Below, piece by piece: positions 1 to 10,750 of a stretch of 64,000 nucleotides of DNA. Positions within the stretch are counted from its first letter, which is position 1, and each line of letters begins with the position of its first letter. The DNA lies in the IMG/VR virus record IMGVR_UViG_3300017991_003989, positions 5,960 to 69,959 of that record, one strand, 5' to 3'. The notes below the pieces were generated by a model, which worked only from the letters and a program-made list of their open reading frames with translations, was not told the origin of the DNA and did not search any database. The position numbers and the translations under genes are program-made. The stretch is from a virus.

Positions 1-942
1 CTTCGCTGGACGAGAAAGGGTAATATTAATCACGGCGGATATGAACATGGAAATTTTGTAAATGAAGATTTTACTTCTACGAAGAGCCTAGCATCACATA
101 AGAGTTCGTATTATCAGAGTGAGTGGAATAGAAAGTGGCAATATTCTGCTGTGATAGATACCGTAAATCCTCCACCTCCAGATGAATTTAGGACTAGAAC
201 AGAGAGCCACAGAAAAAGAGTGGTAGTGAGTTGGAAGCTTCCCGATAATAGTCAGAAAGATATTCATTATTACAGATTATTTAGGAAAACTCAAGATGAT
301 AGTGGAAGAGACACTAGTGATTGGGAACTTTTGGACATACGATTTGGCGCCTCCAATGTTCTGTATTTCGATAATGATGTAGATTACGGCACGAGATACG
401 TCTATGCAGCGCAGACAGTGTCAAAACATAGCGAATTTTCATTGTTGTCTGCTCAGCTAGCTGTGAAACTGAATGAGCAATTCAGGTTTGAGGGTGAGCA
501 TCCAATTAGACAAGTGTCAGAGAAAGGTGTAAGGCTCGATGCTGCTGGAGTATTTGAGACGAAGCCGCCGAGAAGAGTTAGACCACTGATAGTAGCACAG
601 GATAAATTCATGCTGACATCCAGAGTAGGAGTTGATAAGCAGCCATTGATTGACAGGGATTACCACGTTAGGTTTGAAAGTCTAGACACGGGTCAGAAGA
701 AAGAGATAATCGTCAGCATGAAATACGATAACGGTGTTCCTGTTGATGAGACGATAAATGAGGACCGCGTAGTCGTGCAGAGAGATAAGCCGGTGATGGA
801 TGAAAGGTTCATCAGGGATGCAGTAGATGGCGTGTCCGTGGGTTCATCGGGGCGAGAGAGCGACGCAGCAGCTGACAGGGGCAGAAGTCCTGGGAAATAC
901 GTGTCAAGTCTGCTTGATACCAACCCAAGTGGGTTGAAATAA
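1..942 (+). CDS. Virion structural protein with fibronectin type III-like domain (5'-truncated by window edge)
   Basis: Frame is open from base 1; FN3-like pattern PPPP...VVVSWKLP...YYRLFRK...YFDNDVDYGTRYVYAAQTVSKHSEFS. Confidence 0.6.
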   Translation, partial: LRWTRKGNINHGGYEHGNFVNEDFTSTKSLASHKSSYYQSEWNRKWQYSAVIDTVNPPPPDEFRTRTESHRKRVVVSWKLPDNSQKDIHYYRLFRKTQDDSGRDTSDWELLDIRFGASNVLYFDNDVDYGTRYVYAAQTVSKHSEFSLLSAQLAVKLNEQFRFEGEHPIRQVSEKGVRLDAAGVFETKPPRRVRPLIVAQDKFMLTSRVGVDKQPLIDRDYHVRFESLDTGQKKEIIVSMKYDNGVPVDETINEDRVVVQRDKPVMDERFIRDAVDGVSVGSSGRESDAAADRGRSPGKYVSSLLDTNPSGLK

Positions 943-953
943 ACGATAGACGA

Positions 954-960
954 CTATTTA
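954..960 (+). promoter_or_regulatory. TAnTTA candidate phage late promoter (CTATTTA)
   Basis: Motif recurs in most intergenic gaps; ends 5 nt before ATG 966. Confidence 0.55.
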
Positions 961-962
961 GT

Positions 963-1643
963 GTGATGGGAAAACATTTGATATACGCCTTGAGAGACCC
1001 GAATCATCTAGAGGTGAGGTATGTGGGACAATCTTCTCGTGGAATGGTAGAACCGAAGGGGTATCTAAAAGAGACGAAGAACCCGACTAGGCACGTTCAA
1101 TGTTGGGTGAATAGTCTTCTGCTGGAAGGCGTGCTTCCAGAGATAACAGTGCTTCAGAAACTGAGTTCGACGGATGAGTTGGATGACGCTGAGATTTTCT
1201 GGATAGCACACTATCGTTTCTGTGGGAATAAATTGACGAACCACACAGACGGTGGTGGCGGAGCAAGAGGATTTCATCCAAGTGAAAAGTCTAGAAAGAA
1301 AATGAGAGAGGCGAAGCTAGGCACAACAAGGACTGAACAGACGAAGAAAAAGATTTCTCAGTCCATCATGGGTGTGCTGAATGGGAATACGAATGGATCG
1401 GGTAATAAAGGAAGGACGAATTCAGATGAAAGTCGGGCTAACATAGCTAAAGCAACATCAGAAGCCATTAAAAGATGGTGGAGTGGCGAAAAAACGATAA
1501 GATGTTTAAACGATGATATGACATTTGTTACGATGGCAGAAGCTTCAAGACATTATGGGATATCTCTTAGTAGTGTAAGTCGGTCTTTGCTAGATGGCAG
1601 CAGGCGAGCAGGATATAGATTTACGAGATTACAAAAAGGATAA
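963..1643 (+). mobile_element. Free-standing GIY-YIG homing endonuclease with NUMOD3/NUMOD1-like DNA-binding modules
   Basis: LIYALRDP...RYVGQS, AEIFWI, LTNHTDGG, then HPSEKSRKKMREAK-type repeats and a C-terminal HTH-like TMAEASRHYGIS. Confidence 0.85.
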
Positions 1644-1650
1644 TAAAATA

Positions 1651-2367
1651 ATGGGGTTCCTTAATAATTCAGGTGACATCTTCATTGATGCAGTGCTCAC
1701 CGACTTAGGACGCGAAAAACTAGCACGAAATGATGGTTCATTCGAGATTGTAGCCTTTAGATTGGGCGACGACGAGATTGACTATCGTGACTGGAATGAG
1801 CTGACAGGCTCCGATAGCAAAGATAGGAAGATACTCGACACTCCCGTGTTTGAGGCTTTCACGAACGAGAACATTGCTCTTCGCAATCCGCTGATAACAA
1901 TCAGAAATGCGAAATTGCAGTTCCTTCCGAAATTCACATCCAAGCCGACTAGCGTGGCTCTCAAGGAGCAGATTGATAGTGTGGGAGGGGGAGCTGATAT
2001 CATCGTCAGCCAAGACATTTCACGTTCTCAGACAATTATTCCTGCTGAGATTATCGACGTCAACTACGCTATCGAAGTTGATAATGATGTCTTATTTGTT
2101 CACGACGAGGTTCCCGTGTCAATCACTCCATTTGGCACAGCGAATTACATCGTGTCAGCAACGCCAGGAAGGACGACGTCGGCAGGTGGAACAGAGGTAA
2201 AATTCAATCTGAGAGTTCAGACGCTGACAACGGAAGTATTTGACACTCTCGTCGGGTCGAGTGTGGCAAAGCCGAGAAGCTTTACGACGAACGTCACTGT
2301 CACAGGCCAGCAAAGCGGAATGTTTGTCAGGATACAAGTGACGATTACAGAGTTCGCCACTAGCTAG
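1651..2367 (+). CDS. Virion structural protein (tail-collar-fibre-like N-terminus)
   Basis: MGFLNNSGDIFIDAVLTDLGREKLARNDGSFEIVAFRLGDDEIDY; start reassigned to ATG 1651 to avoid overlapping the endonuclease. Confidence 0.6.
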   Translation: MGFLNNSGDIFIDAVLTDLGREKLARNDGSFEIVAFRLGDDEIDYRDWNELTGSDSKDRKILDTPVFEAFTNENIALRNPLITIRNAKLQFLPKFTSKPTSVALKEQIDSVGGGADIIVSQDISRSQTIIPAEIIDVNYAIEVDNDVLFVHDEVPVSITPFGTANYIVSATPGRTTSAGGTEVKFNLRVQTLTTEVFDTLVGSSVAKPRSFTTNVTVTGQQSGMFVRIQVTITEFATS

Positions 2368-2380
2368 GGGATAGATATCA

Positions 2381-3391
2381 ATGTCACTAAAAAAGTTTGA
2401 CCAGGCCGACGACGTAGCATCTGTCGTATCACACGTCAATGAAGTCGTCGCGATTTCAGGCTCAATTTACACGCTCGACGATAATACGAAGTTCTACGAC
2501 AACATCGCATCGGCATCTTCCGATGTAAACTTGGGTGGATATTTTCAAACCGTATATGATGCGTCGCCGACAAGCTCTCTCAGCACAGCATTGTTCGATA
2601 TCACATACGGTTTTGCAACTGGTTCATCATATAATGTGAACACTTCGACAAGCTCATCATTAAATGAGAAGATTAAAGTATACAGACACCACGCGAAGAC
2701 GCTTTTGGGTGACCCTGATGGGATATTTTCTGTGGCATCAGCTGATCGCGAGGATTGCTTCTTTATTCTCGTCAAGAGAAACATTCATAAAGATGAGCTG
2801 AAGAAGGGTTCTGTGAAGCTTACGTTGAATACCGACCTTGCTGACAGCGGCCTGGCACAGTTTACTGCATCTGATGATGGAGCGGTCACTGCTTTCAAGC
2901 AGGACGTTGGCGGTGAATACGCACCTCTTAAGATTTCTGGCTCAAGCGGAACCGAAGTGGGACAAGTGTGGTACAACGCAGGTGTGATAGTAATTCCTGC
3001 AGATTTGGCATTTAAAACAGTTTTACTGTGGTCGGGGTCAGATACTCTCATCAACTTACAATCATCGGGTTCGATCAACAATTTAGCCAATGGACTGCGC
3101 AGGCACATAGAAAGAGTGGATTTTCACAATCAGACGAACCTACATTCAACGGTATATTTCTGCCGTGCAACGAACAAGGAGTTCAATTACTCATCGAATC
3201 CGACATTCATAGATGCTGATCAGCGTATCAGAGTGACGTCGGGGAGCAACATCCTTCAGACGAGGACATACGTGACGACAATCGGTTTATATGATGCTAA
3301 TGATAACATGCTTGCTGGGGGAAAGGTTAATAAGCCGATTGCAAAGAGCCCGGACACAGAGAGCATTTATCGCGTTAGGCTCGACTACTAA
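2381..3391 (+). CDS. Virion structural protein (baseplate/collar-associated)
   Basis: C-terminal YFCRA...EFNYSSNPTF...TYVTTIGLYD...KPIAK...RVRLDY, paralogous to the next gene. Confidence 0.6.
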   Translation: MSLKKFDQADDVASVVSHVNEVVAISGSIYTLDDNTKFYDNIASASSDVNLGGYFQTVYDASPTSSLSTALFDITYGFATGSSYNVNTSTSSSLNEKIKVYRHHAKTLLGDPDGIFSVASADREDCFFILVKRNIHKDELKKGSVKLTLNTDLADSGLAQFTASDDGAVTAFKQDVGGEYAPLKISGSSGTEVGQVWYNAGVIVIPADLAFKTVLLWSGSDTLINLQSSGSINNLANGLRRHIERVDFHNQTNLHSTVYFCRATNKEFNYSSNPTFIDADQRIRVTSGSNILQTRTYVTTIGLYDANDNMLAGGKVNKPIAKSPDTESIYRVRLDY

Positions 3392-3402
3392 GGAGATAAC
3401 GA

Positions 3403-5127
3403 GTGGCCGTTTATCACAAGTTCGGCCCGGCGGACGTAGTCCATTACAGTCTGAGCACATCCCCCAAGACAGAGCTGGCCTCCGGCTCTAGCGGCTGGAA
3501 GGGCAACACTGGGACCAACGGAACTTTGAGCATCTACGGCGGCATTCGTGCGCTGGAGAGAAGCATGTCTGCAGATGGCATAAGCATCCAGCCCGTCATA
3601 AATTTGCCTGCTTATAGCGCCGATGGAACCATCGAGCTGACGGGATCGTATCCACATACAGGTTCAGTTGATTGGGTGAAGTGCAGAAACTCCGCGCTGG
3701 CATCAACAACTCAGTATGACTGGGGTGAGGAGCATTTCAAACCGATAATGAACCTCTACGACTATTATGAGAGGTTCGATTACGATTACAATACGGGTTC
3801 ATATGATTTCTACTGCTTGTACTCTCAGCCGACTTCTGATAACGCTGTAGAATATGCAGACAGCGCCACTTACGACTTCATGTCATCATCTTATGCGATA
3901 GAGGCGAGGATTAAACCTCTGTCAATCACAGGTAGTGCTCATAATAGGACGCTCATCGCTAGGGGAGACCTCTGGAGCTTCTACATTGACCAGACGACTG
4001 GCAATTTGGCATTTTCTGCGAGCGACGGAAGCGGCGTAATCTATACTTCGTCGTTCGCACCGACGAATAATAGGTGGAGCCACGTGGCATACAGCGTCAA
4101 TGAGAGCGTCGGAAGCTTCCTCATTAACATGGTTGATGGAGGCCAATACAACATCACTGGTAGCATCGACGCAGGTTCCGATGTCATTAGGGTGTTTGCC
4201 GACAGCACTGGCTCCTCGACGTTCCACGGATTTGCGCATGACGTGAAGGTGTGGAAAGCGGGAAGAACGTATGCTCAACTTTCTGCAAGCCATGCAAGCG
4301 TCTTGACGTCGTCTGGTTCTGAGGCTGACCTCATGCTTTACGGAAGGTTCAATGATGGACCGCTTATGACATTTGACGCGATAACTGCGGGCTCTGGAGC
4401 GTTCGACCACTCTCTCACTGCGAACCATGGAACTATGGTGAAGTATGATGAGAGGTGTGCACCGGGTTGGCATCCGTGTGACGATGTCGGCTATACTGCG
4501 CAGAAGACAAGAGTGACGAGTTCCATAGATTTCATACGGTTGCTTCACGTACCAAGCCTCTATTACGGAAGACAGATGGCGACGGGTAGCGTGAAGCTTG
4601 TTTGTAACACGTACCTCTCTTCTAGCATAAAGAGGACGCTGGTAGATGATGGAAGGGGAGGTCTGTATATTTCAGGCTCAGTCAGTTCGGCATCTCTTGA
4701 GAATGCAGAGCATTATAAAGGTGTAGAGTGGCCGAAAGTTGGGAATGTCTTTTATTCAGAGGGTCTCGTTGTGATAAAGGACCCATCTCTCTTTGATTTT
4801 GGCGATTACGTCATGGGTGGTGAGACATCGCCGATGGCATCAGATGTCCTCCAGGTGAGCTTTAAGGGAACACAGAACATTCCAACGAAGGTCATGATGT
4901 GCAGGATAAATGGAGCGGCCTCGAATGCATCAAACAACGAGACATTTACGAGCAGAAATGCTGATACTGGCAAGCTTGATGTGGTGAGAAGCAGCCCAAT
5001 AACATATGTAACGGCTGTGGGCATATATAATGAGGAGCGAAAGCTCGTCGCTGTGGCGAAGCTGGCTCAGCCGGTTCGAAATCGTGAGCGTGACAAGATA
5101 AACATTCGGCTGAAATGTGATTTCTAA
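3403..5127 (+). CDS. Virion structural protein with LamG/concanavalin A-like domain
   Basis: YAIEARIKP...NNRWSHVAYS...FHGFAHDVKVWK LamG pattern; C-terminus paralogous to 2381..3391. Confidence 0.7.
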   Translation: MAVYHKFGPADVVHYSLSTSPKTELASGSSGWKGNTGTNGTLSIYGGIRALERSMSADGISIQPVINLPAYSADGTIELTGSYPHTGSVDWVKCRNSALASTTQYDWGEEHFKPIMNLYDYYERFDYDYNTGSYDFYCLYSQPTSDNAVEYADSATYDFMSSSYAIEARIKPLSITGSAHNRTLIARGDLWSFYIDQTTGNLAFSASDGSGVIYTSSFAPTNNRWSHVAYSVNESVGSFLINMVDGGQYNITGSIDAGSDVIRVFADSTGSSTFHGFAHDVKVWKAGRTYAQLSASHASVLTSSGSEADLMLYGRFNDGPLMTFDAITAGSGAFDHSLTANHGTMVKYDERCAPGWHPCDDVGYTAQKTRVTSSIDFIRLLHVPSLYYGRQMATGSVKLVCNTYLSSSIKRTLVDDGRGGLYISGSVSSASLENAEHYKGVEWPKVGNVFYSEGLVVIKDPSLFDFGDYVMGGETSPMASDVLQVSFKGTQNIPTKVMMCRINGAASNASNNETFTSRNADTGKLDVVRSSPITYVTAVGIYNEERKLVAVAKLAQPVRNRERDKINIRLKCDF

Positions 5128-5150
5128 CGATAATTAGATGCTATGCATCC

Positions 5151-5157
5151 ATATTTA
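5151..5157 (+). promoter_or_regulatory. TAnTTA candidate late promoter (ATATTTA)
   Basis: Ends 5 nt before ATG 5163; no Shine-Dalgarno in between. Confidence 0.5.
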
Positions 5158-5162
5158 CGGAC

Positions 5163-5894
5163 ATGGCAATCACATACGGGCTTTTTGACCCTAAGCACTG
5201 CATAATTCGATACGTCGGAAAGACAATACGTTCTGACGAGAAGAGATTACAACTTCATGATTATGAGGCTTTTGGGGCAAAAAGAAGAAATTGGAATAGA
5301 CCAGTCTGTCGTTGGATACGAAAACTGATGAGTGAAGGTCGTTATCCTGACATCATCGTCCTCGAAGAATGTGAGACTGAGCAAGAAGCACTTGATATGG
5401 AGATAGTGTGGATAGCACGTCTTAAAGAGGATGGAGCACGTCTTCTTAATGCAACAGAGGGAGGAGATGGGATATCTGGTTATCGACATGATGATAAAAG
5501 TAAGGATAAGATTGCTGAAGCATCTCGTAATCAAGTTTGGACAGACGAGAGAAAAAAGAAGATAGGAGATGCAATACGTGGTGATAACCATTATTTGAGA
5601 AAAAACCCTGAACTTCATCCCTTCTTGGGTAAGACACATTCTCCTGAAGCACGTCGTAAGATAGGTGAAGCGGGAAAAGGTCGTCCTGGACCAAGGAAAG
5701 GCGTAGAAGTATCGCAAGAAACTCGTCGTAGAATGAGTGAAAGTGCAAAGAAACGAAAAAGAAAACCGCGAACAGAAGAAACGAAAAGAAAAATATCAGA
5801 AGCACTTAAAGGAAGAGGTCATCCACAAACTGAAGAGACACGTAGGAAAATTTCTTTAGCTTTTAAGAAGAAAAGAGAGAAAAAAAATAATTGA
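5163..5894 (+). mobile_element. Free-standing GIY-YIG homing endonuclease with NUMOD3 repeats
   Basis: ITYGLFDP...RYVGKT, EIVWI, LLNATEGGDG, multiple HSPEARRKIGEA/TEETKRKISEA repeats; AT-richer than flanks. Confidence 0.9.
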
Positions 5895-5926
5895 CATAAA
5901 ATAATTTCATGCCGATATCATATTAC

Positions 5927-6469
5927 ATGTATATCGGCCTCGACGTATCGACTGCGATAATAGGTTTCTGTCGTCTGAATGATGACGGAGGGCCGATGGA
6001 GTTCGATTATCTGGACCTTAGAAAAGCAGATAAGAGCCTCTTTAAGAAGTCTGAGATGTTCGATGAGTGGGTAGAGAGAAAATGTTTGGTCTCCAAGGAA
6101 GATGTGGTCTTCATCGAAGACAAGCTTTCTGGTTTCTCCGGCGGAAAGTCGATGCAACGGACAATCATAACGTTGGCCACATTCAACGCGATGGTCTCAC
6201 TTAAGGTTTATCAACAGATAGGAAAAGAGCCTCTTTACATTCACCCATCCACCGCCAAGGCTCTAATGAAGAGTGATGGCCTAATTATACCAAAGGGTTC
6301 TGACAAGAAACGTGTGACGGTCGATTTTGTCAAGAATTCACTCAACAATTTTCCCTACGTTGAGACGAGAAATGGCAATCCGCAAGCATATTGTTATGAC
6401 ATGGCCGACGCCTACATCACGGCGCGAGCTGGATACCTGAAATACGCATGCGGAGAGAACAAAAGCTAG
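5927..6469 (+). CDS. RuvC-like Holliday junction resolvase
   Basis: YIGLDVSTAIIG, VFIED, DMADAY acidic RNase H-fold motifs; alternative start 5909. Confidence 0.8.
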   Translation: MYIGLDVSTAIIGFCRLNDDGGPMEFDYLDLRKADKSLFKKSEMFDEWVERKCLVSKEDVVFIEDKLSGFSGGKSMQRTIITLATFNAMVSLKVYQQIGKEPLYIHPSTAKALMKSDGLIIPKGSDKKRVTVDFVKNSLNNFPYVETRNGNPQAYCYDMADAYITARAGYLKYACGENKS

Positions 6470-7365
6470 CGTCGATACGTCGTGTTTTAAACATCGAGAG
6501 CTTCAAGAAGGGTGATGAATACATCTTTTTTTGTCCTCGACACCAGCATCACAAAGCGAAGCTGAGCGTCAATCTGAAGACGGACAACTTTCACTGCTGG
6601 ATTTGCGGGTGGAAGGGAAAGACGCTTCTTCCAATCTTCAGGATGGTCGGAGGCGAGGAGCTTCAGCTCTATCTTGAGAGCATTGGTAGGAAAAGAGATG
6701 TTGAAGATGAGGAAAGAAGATACGATAACCCTGTGCTTCCTGACACCTTCAGGACACTTTCGTCGAGTATCATTTCGCCATACGCGAGAGCGGCGTTTAT
6801 GTATTGTAAAGGACGAGGTCTATCTGAAGAGGACATTCTCAGGTTCAAGCTCGGATATTGTGAAGACGGAGAATACAGATACAGGGTCATCGTCCCATCT
6901 TTCGATGCGAACGGTGAGCTCAATTTCTTCGTAGGACGAAAGTTTTACGATCACATCGGACTTTCCTACAAACATGGAAACTTTGACAAAGACATCATCT
7001 TCAATGAGTATCTGATCGATTGGGATGAGCCGATAATACTGACAGAGGGACCATTTGACGCTATGAAAGCGGGAACGAATGCGATACCGTTACAGGGAAC
7101 GATACTGAGGGAAGAAATGAAGTTATTTCAGAAGATAGTCTCCTCTGGAACTAAGATATACGTCGCTTTAGATGCTGACGCGAGGAAAAAGCAAATGAAG
7201 CTTGTGAAGATGCTGATGGAGTATGACGTGAATGTGTTCAGTGTCTCTCTGAATGATGCAGAAGACCTGGGAGACATGAAGAAGGAGGACATTTCCTCCG
7301 CTTTGGAGTGTGCAAGACCGGTGAGGTCAGAAATTGACATGCTTAGACTGAGAGTATCTGCGTGA
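6448..7365 (+). CDS. dnaG: DNA primase (CHC2 zinc finger + TOPRIM)
   Basis: CPRH...FHCWICG; LTEGPFDAM; VALDADA. Confidence 0.85.
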   Translation: MRREQKLASIRRVLNIESFKKGDEYIFFCPRHQHHKAKLSVNLKTDNFHCWICGWKGKTLLPIFRMVGGEELQLYLESIGRKRDVEDEERRYDNPVLPDTFRTLSSSIISPYARAAFMYCKGRGLSEEDILRFKLGYCEDGEYRYRVIVPSFDANGELNFFVGRKFYDHIGLSYKHGNFDKDIIFNEYLIDWDEPIILTEGPFDAMKAGTNAIPLQGTILREEMKLFQKIVSSGTKIYVALDADARKKQMKLVKMLMEYDVNVFSVSLNDAEDLGDMKKEDISSALECARPVRSEIDMLRLRVSA

Positions 7366-7574
7366 TGAACGAACGAGATTTAACGAGGTTGAATTACTTG
7401 TTGGATGCGCTTACTGCAAATCCTTTGAAGTTTCGTAAGTTCCTTGATATTCTTCGTGCACGAGAAGTTTCTCAAGAACTAGAAGAAGTCCTATGTTTTA
7501 TCCATGACGAGATTGAGAGAGACGTCAATGTGAATATTCGTAGTGTTGTTCTTTCATATTTGGTGCTTGCATGA
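7362..7574 (+). CDS. Hypothetical protein
   Basis: Overlaps both neighbours by 4 nt (translational coupling). Confidence 0.5.
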   Translation: MMNERDLTRLNYLLDALTANPLKFRKFLDILRAREVSQELEEVLCFIHDEIERDVNVNIRSVVLSYLVLA

Positions 7575-10500
7575 AGATAGCACACGTTAGCGATATCCAC
7601 CTGCGTAATCTCAAATACCACAGTGAATATCACAAGGTATTCGAGAATTTCTATGGCCTCCTGAGAGAGATACAACCGGACATCGTTGTAAATACGGGTG
7701 ATACGGCGCACGCGAAGGTGCAGATATCACCAGAGTTCGTTCAGATGTGCTCGGATCACATTAAGGCCGTATCGGAGATTGCCCCCTACCATATACTTCT
7801 CGGCAATCATGACCTCAATTTGGCGAACCTCAATAGGAGAGACGCCATTTCACCAATCGTTGAGAGCATCAATAGCGACAGGGTGGTGCTTCATAAGAGA
7901 TGTGGTTCGTGGGGGGAACTATGGGGCGAAGAAGATGGATACGAATTTTACATCTTTTCATGCGCTGATAAGAAGAACTATCCAACACGATTTAATCTTG
8001 ATCCAGGCAAGAATGTACTTCGTATTGGCTTGTTCCACGGGACCGTCCGTGGCTGCGAGACCGACACTGAATGGATGATGCGAGACGCCGAGCTCGACAT
8101 CTCTCGTTTTGAGGGTCTCGATTTCGTGATGATGGGAGACATCCACAAGCATCAGTTCATGGATGTAGAAAAGAGGATTGCTTACGCTGGCTCTCTCATC
8201 CAACAGAACTACGGTGAGAGCATCGAGAAGGGCTTCCTTCTCTGGGACATAAGAAGCAAGGACGATTTTGACGTGGAGCTAATTCCCGTAGAGGGAAGCA
8301 GGAAGTTCTACACGGTCGAGCTAAACGACGATCTCAGCATACCTGATGTCGAGCTGGATGAGGGTTCTAGGGTTAGATTAGTCTCTCCGAGAAAACATAC
8401 TCTTAGCGAGCAGCACATATTCGAACGTGAAGCGAAGAAACGTTTCAAGCCATACGACTTAGCAGTAGCACTGTCTTCGAACATCGGCATGCAAGCTACG
8501 AATATTGCTGCGAAGACGATAAAGATGGAGAGACTGAGAGATATCGATGTTCAGGAGAAATTGATAAGAAAGTTTCTTGAGGGAAGAACGATATCTGATG
8601 AGGTTATGTCACAGATACTTGAGCTCAACAAGCGTTATCAACTTACCATTGAGAAGGAGGAAGAGGTCATTCGTGATATCTCATGGAAGGTGGATAGCAT
8701 TGCGTGGAACGGAATGTTCAATTATGGTGATGGAAATGTAATCGACTTTTCGAAGATGAAGGGCATCATCGGCATGTTCGCGCCGAACGGTTCAGGAAAA
8801 TCGGCGCTTATCGACGTGATAACGACGACGCTCTTCAATAAGACGACGAAGGGCGTTAATAAGAACATTGAGCTCATTAACGATAGGAAACAGACCGCAG
8901 AAATGGTGGCTTACATTTCGACGAGCGATGAACAATATGTAGTTGAGAGGGGAATTGAGAGGGTCAGATACGGCAAGAAGAAATTTGAAGTAGAAAAAGA
9001 ATGGGGAAAGACATCTCTTGACTTCACTGTGAGAAATGAGCTAGGCGAAGAGAAGGTGAGCGGAACTCAGAGGACAGAGACTGAGAAGCTCGTGAGGAAG
9101 CGAATAGGAACTTACGATGACTTCGTGCTGACAACGCTCCTTACACAGGGACGTGAGAGCGACCTCATCAAATGTAAGGAGACTGAGCGCAGGAAGATAC
9201 TCTCTAAGTTCATGGATCTTGACATTTTTGAGCAGAAAGCGAAGATGGCCAAAGAAGAAAGCAAGACGTTCGTAAAGAAGCTCAAAGAGATCGAGGGAGA
9301 GGACTTAGAGGAGTTAAAGAAGAGCTCGGAACTTGAGCTAAATGCAACGAAACACGAAGTGACGTCCGAGGAGACGAAAAGAAAATCGATAGTGAAGAGC
9401 CTAGAGACGCTCAGAGATATGATTTCTAACCTGAAAGCATCAAGAAAAGATGCAATACAGAGTTTCGATATAAAGAAGATTGAGAGGATGAGAAACGATG
9501 TATTCACGAAATGGAGCGAGTGGAAGACAATATTAGATGATCAAAGATGCTCACTCAGAAGCACCAAAGAGACCCTCAGAGACCTCGAACAGGAGAGGGC
9601 TGTGTTCCCCATCGAGGACTATATGAGGGGACAGAAGGAGCTTGAGGGCTACGAGAGAAGCATCCATGCCGCCGATGCGGACCTCGAGAACCAGTCGAGA
9701 ATTCTCGGGGAATATATGAAGAACGCGAAGTTCCTCGCGAGCGTTCCATGCGGCGACAAGTATCCAAAATGCAAGTTTCTAATCGAGGCGTTTGAGAAGA
9801 AGGGCGATATAGAAGAGCAGAGAGAGAAAGTTCTGCGATGTCAAAAGACAGTTCGTGAGTTTGAAGATGAGATAAACAGCTTGAAGTCTGAAAAGTATGA
9901 AGAGAAGATAGCCAGATACGAACAGATGACGAGGAAAATAGCTCAGATGTCATCTGATGTTGTAAGCTTAGCTGTGGGGATTGAAAATACAGAGCTGAAG
10001 ATGATGTCAGAGTGGAAGGATGCGCTTAGGTTAGACGCCGATGAGCTCAGTTATCTTAAGACTAGGGACGATATTGAGAAAAATAAAGATATCGACGTTG
10101 ACATCGAGCGGACAGAGAAGATGATTTCCGTTCAGCAGGAGCAGATTGAGTTCATTAATAAAAAGATAATAGAACTTACCAAGAAGCAGGGTGCCACGGA
10201 GATAATCGTTGAGCAGGTCAATAAGCAGATGAAAGAGCTCAAGAAAATGCGCACGCTCTGCGATGCTTATGAGCATTATTGTGATGCGATGGGCAAGCAC
10301 GGCATCTCGTATCAAATTTTGGTAGAAAAGCTTCCGCTGTTGAACGAGGAGATAAACAAGATACTTTCCACAATCGTAAAATTCAATGTCATCCTCGACC
10401 ACAATGAAGATGATCAGACAATTAGCATGTTTCTTCAGTATGGAGATCATAGTAATAGAAATTTGAAGCTGGCAGGTGGAGCGGAGAAGCTAATAGCGTC

Positions 10501-10750
10501 AATCGCAATCCGCGTAGCACTGTTAAGCATAACCAATCTACCGAAGAACAACATGTTCATTATCGATGAGGGTTTTGGCAGCCTCGACGCGAAAAATCTT
10601 GATAACATCAACAGGATGTTTAACTATTTACGTATGATGTTTGACCATGTCCTAATCATTAGTCATATTGATTTGATGAAAGATATGGTCGACCATAGCG
10701 TAACAATACTGACAGACGACAAACAATTTAGCAAGGTAGAAGTGATATGA
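7571..10750 (+). CDS. Fused SbcD(Mre11)-SbcC(Rad50) recombination nuclease/ATPase (T4 gp47+gp46 equivalent)
   Basis: Metallophosphoesterase SDIH, TGD, GNHD, GDIH; Walker A APNGSGKS; coiled coil; signature LAGGAEK; Walker B FIIDEGFGSLD; IISH. Confidence 0.9.
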   Translation: MKIAHVSDIHLRNLKYHSEYHKVFENFYGLLREIQPDIVVNTGDTAHAKVQISPEFVQMCSDHIKAVSEIAPYHILLGNHDLNLANLNRRDAISPIVESINSDRVVLHKRCGSWGELWGEEDGYEFYIFSCADKKNYPTRFNLDPGKNVLRIGLFHGTVRGCETDTEWMMRDAELDISRFEGLDFVMMGDIHKHQFMDVEKRIAYAGSLIQQNYGESIEKGFLLWDIRSKDDFDVELIPVEGSRKFYTVELNDDLSIPDVELDEGSRVRLVSPRKHTLSEQHIFEREAKKRFKPYDLAVALSSNIGMQATNIAAKTIKMERLRDIDVQEKLIRKFLEGRTISDEVMSQILELNKRYQLTIEKEEEVIRDISWKVDSIAWNGMFNYGDGNVIDFSKMKGIIGMFAPNGSGKSALIDVITTTLFNKTTKGVNKNIELINDRKQTAEMVAYISTSDEQYVVERGIERVRYGKKKFEVEKEWGKTSLDFTVRNELGEEKVSGTQRTETEKLVRKRIGTYDDFVLTTLLTQGRESDLIKCKETERRKILSKFMDLDIFEQKAKMAKEESKTFVKKLKEIEGEDLEELKKSSELELNATKHEVTSEETKRKSIVKSLETLRDMISNLKASRKDAIQSFDIKKIERMRNDVFTKWSEWKTILDDQRCSLRSTKETLRDLEQERAVFPIEDYMRGQKELEGYERSIHAADADLENQSRILGEYMKNAKFLASVPCGDKYPKCKFLIEAFEKKGDIEEQREKVLRCQKTVREFEDEINSLKSEKYEEKIARYEQMTRKIAQMSSDVVSLAVGIENTELKMMSEWKDALRLDADELSYLKTRDDIEKNKDIDVDIERTEKMISVQQEQIEFINKKIIELTKKQGATEIIVEQVNKQMKELKKMRTLCDAYEHYCDAMGKHGISYQILVEKLPLLNEEINKILSTIVKFNVILDHNEDDQTISMFLQYGDHSNRNLKLAGGAEKLIASIAIRVALLSITNLPKNNMFIIDEGFGSLDAKNLDNINRMFNYLRMMFDHVLIISHIDLMKDMVDHSVTILTDDKQFSKVEVI

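Noticed and set aside
5891-5921. Sigma70 promoter TTGACA...TATCAT before the RuvC-like gene
   Set aside because: The 19-nt spacer is suboptimal and it is a single instance, so it is not called.
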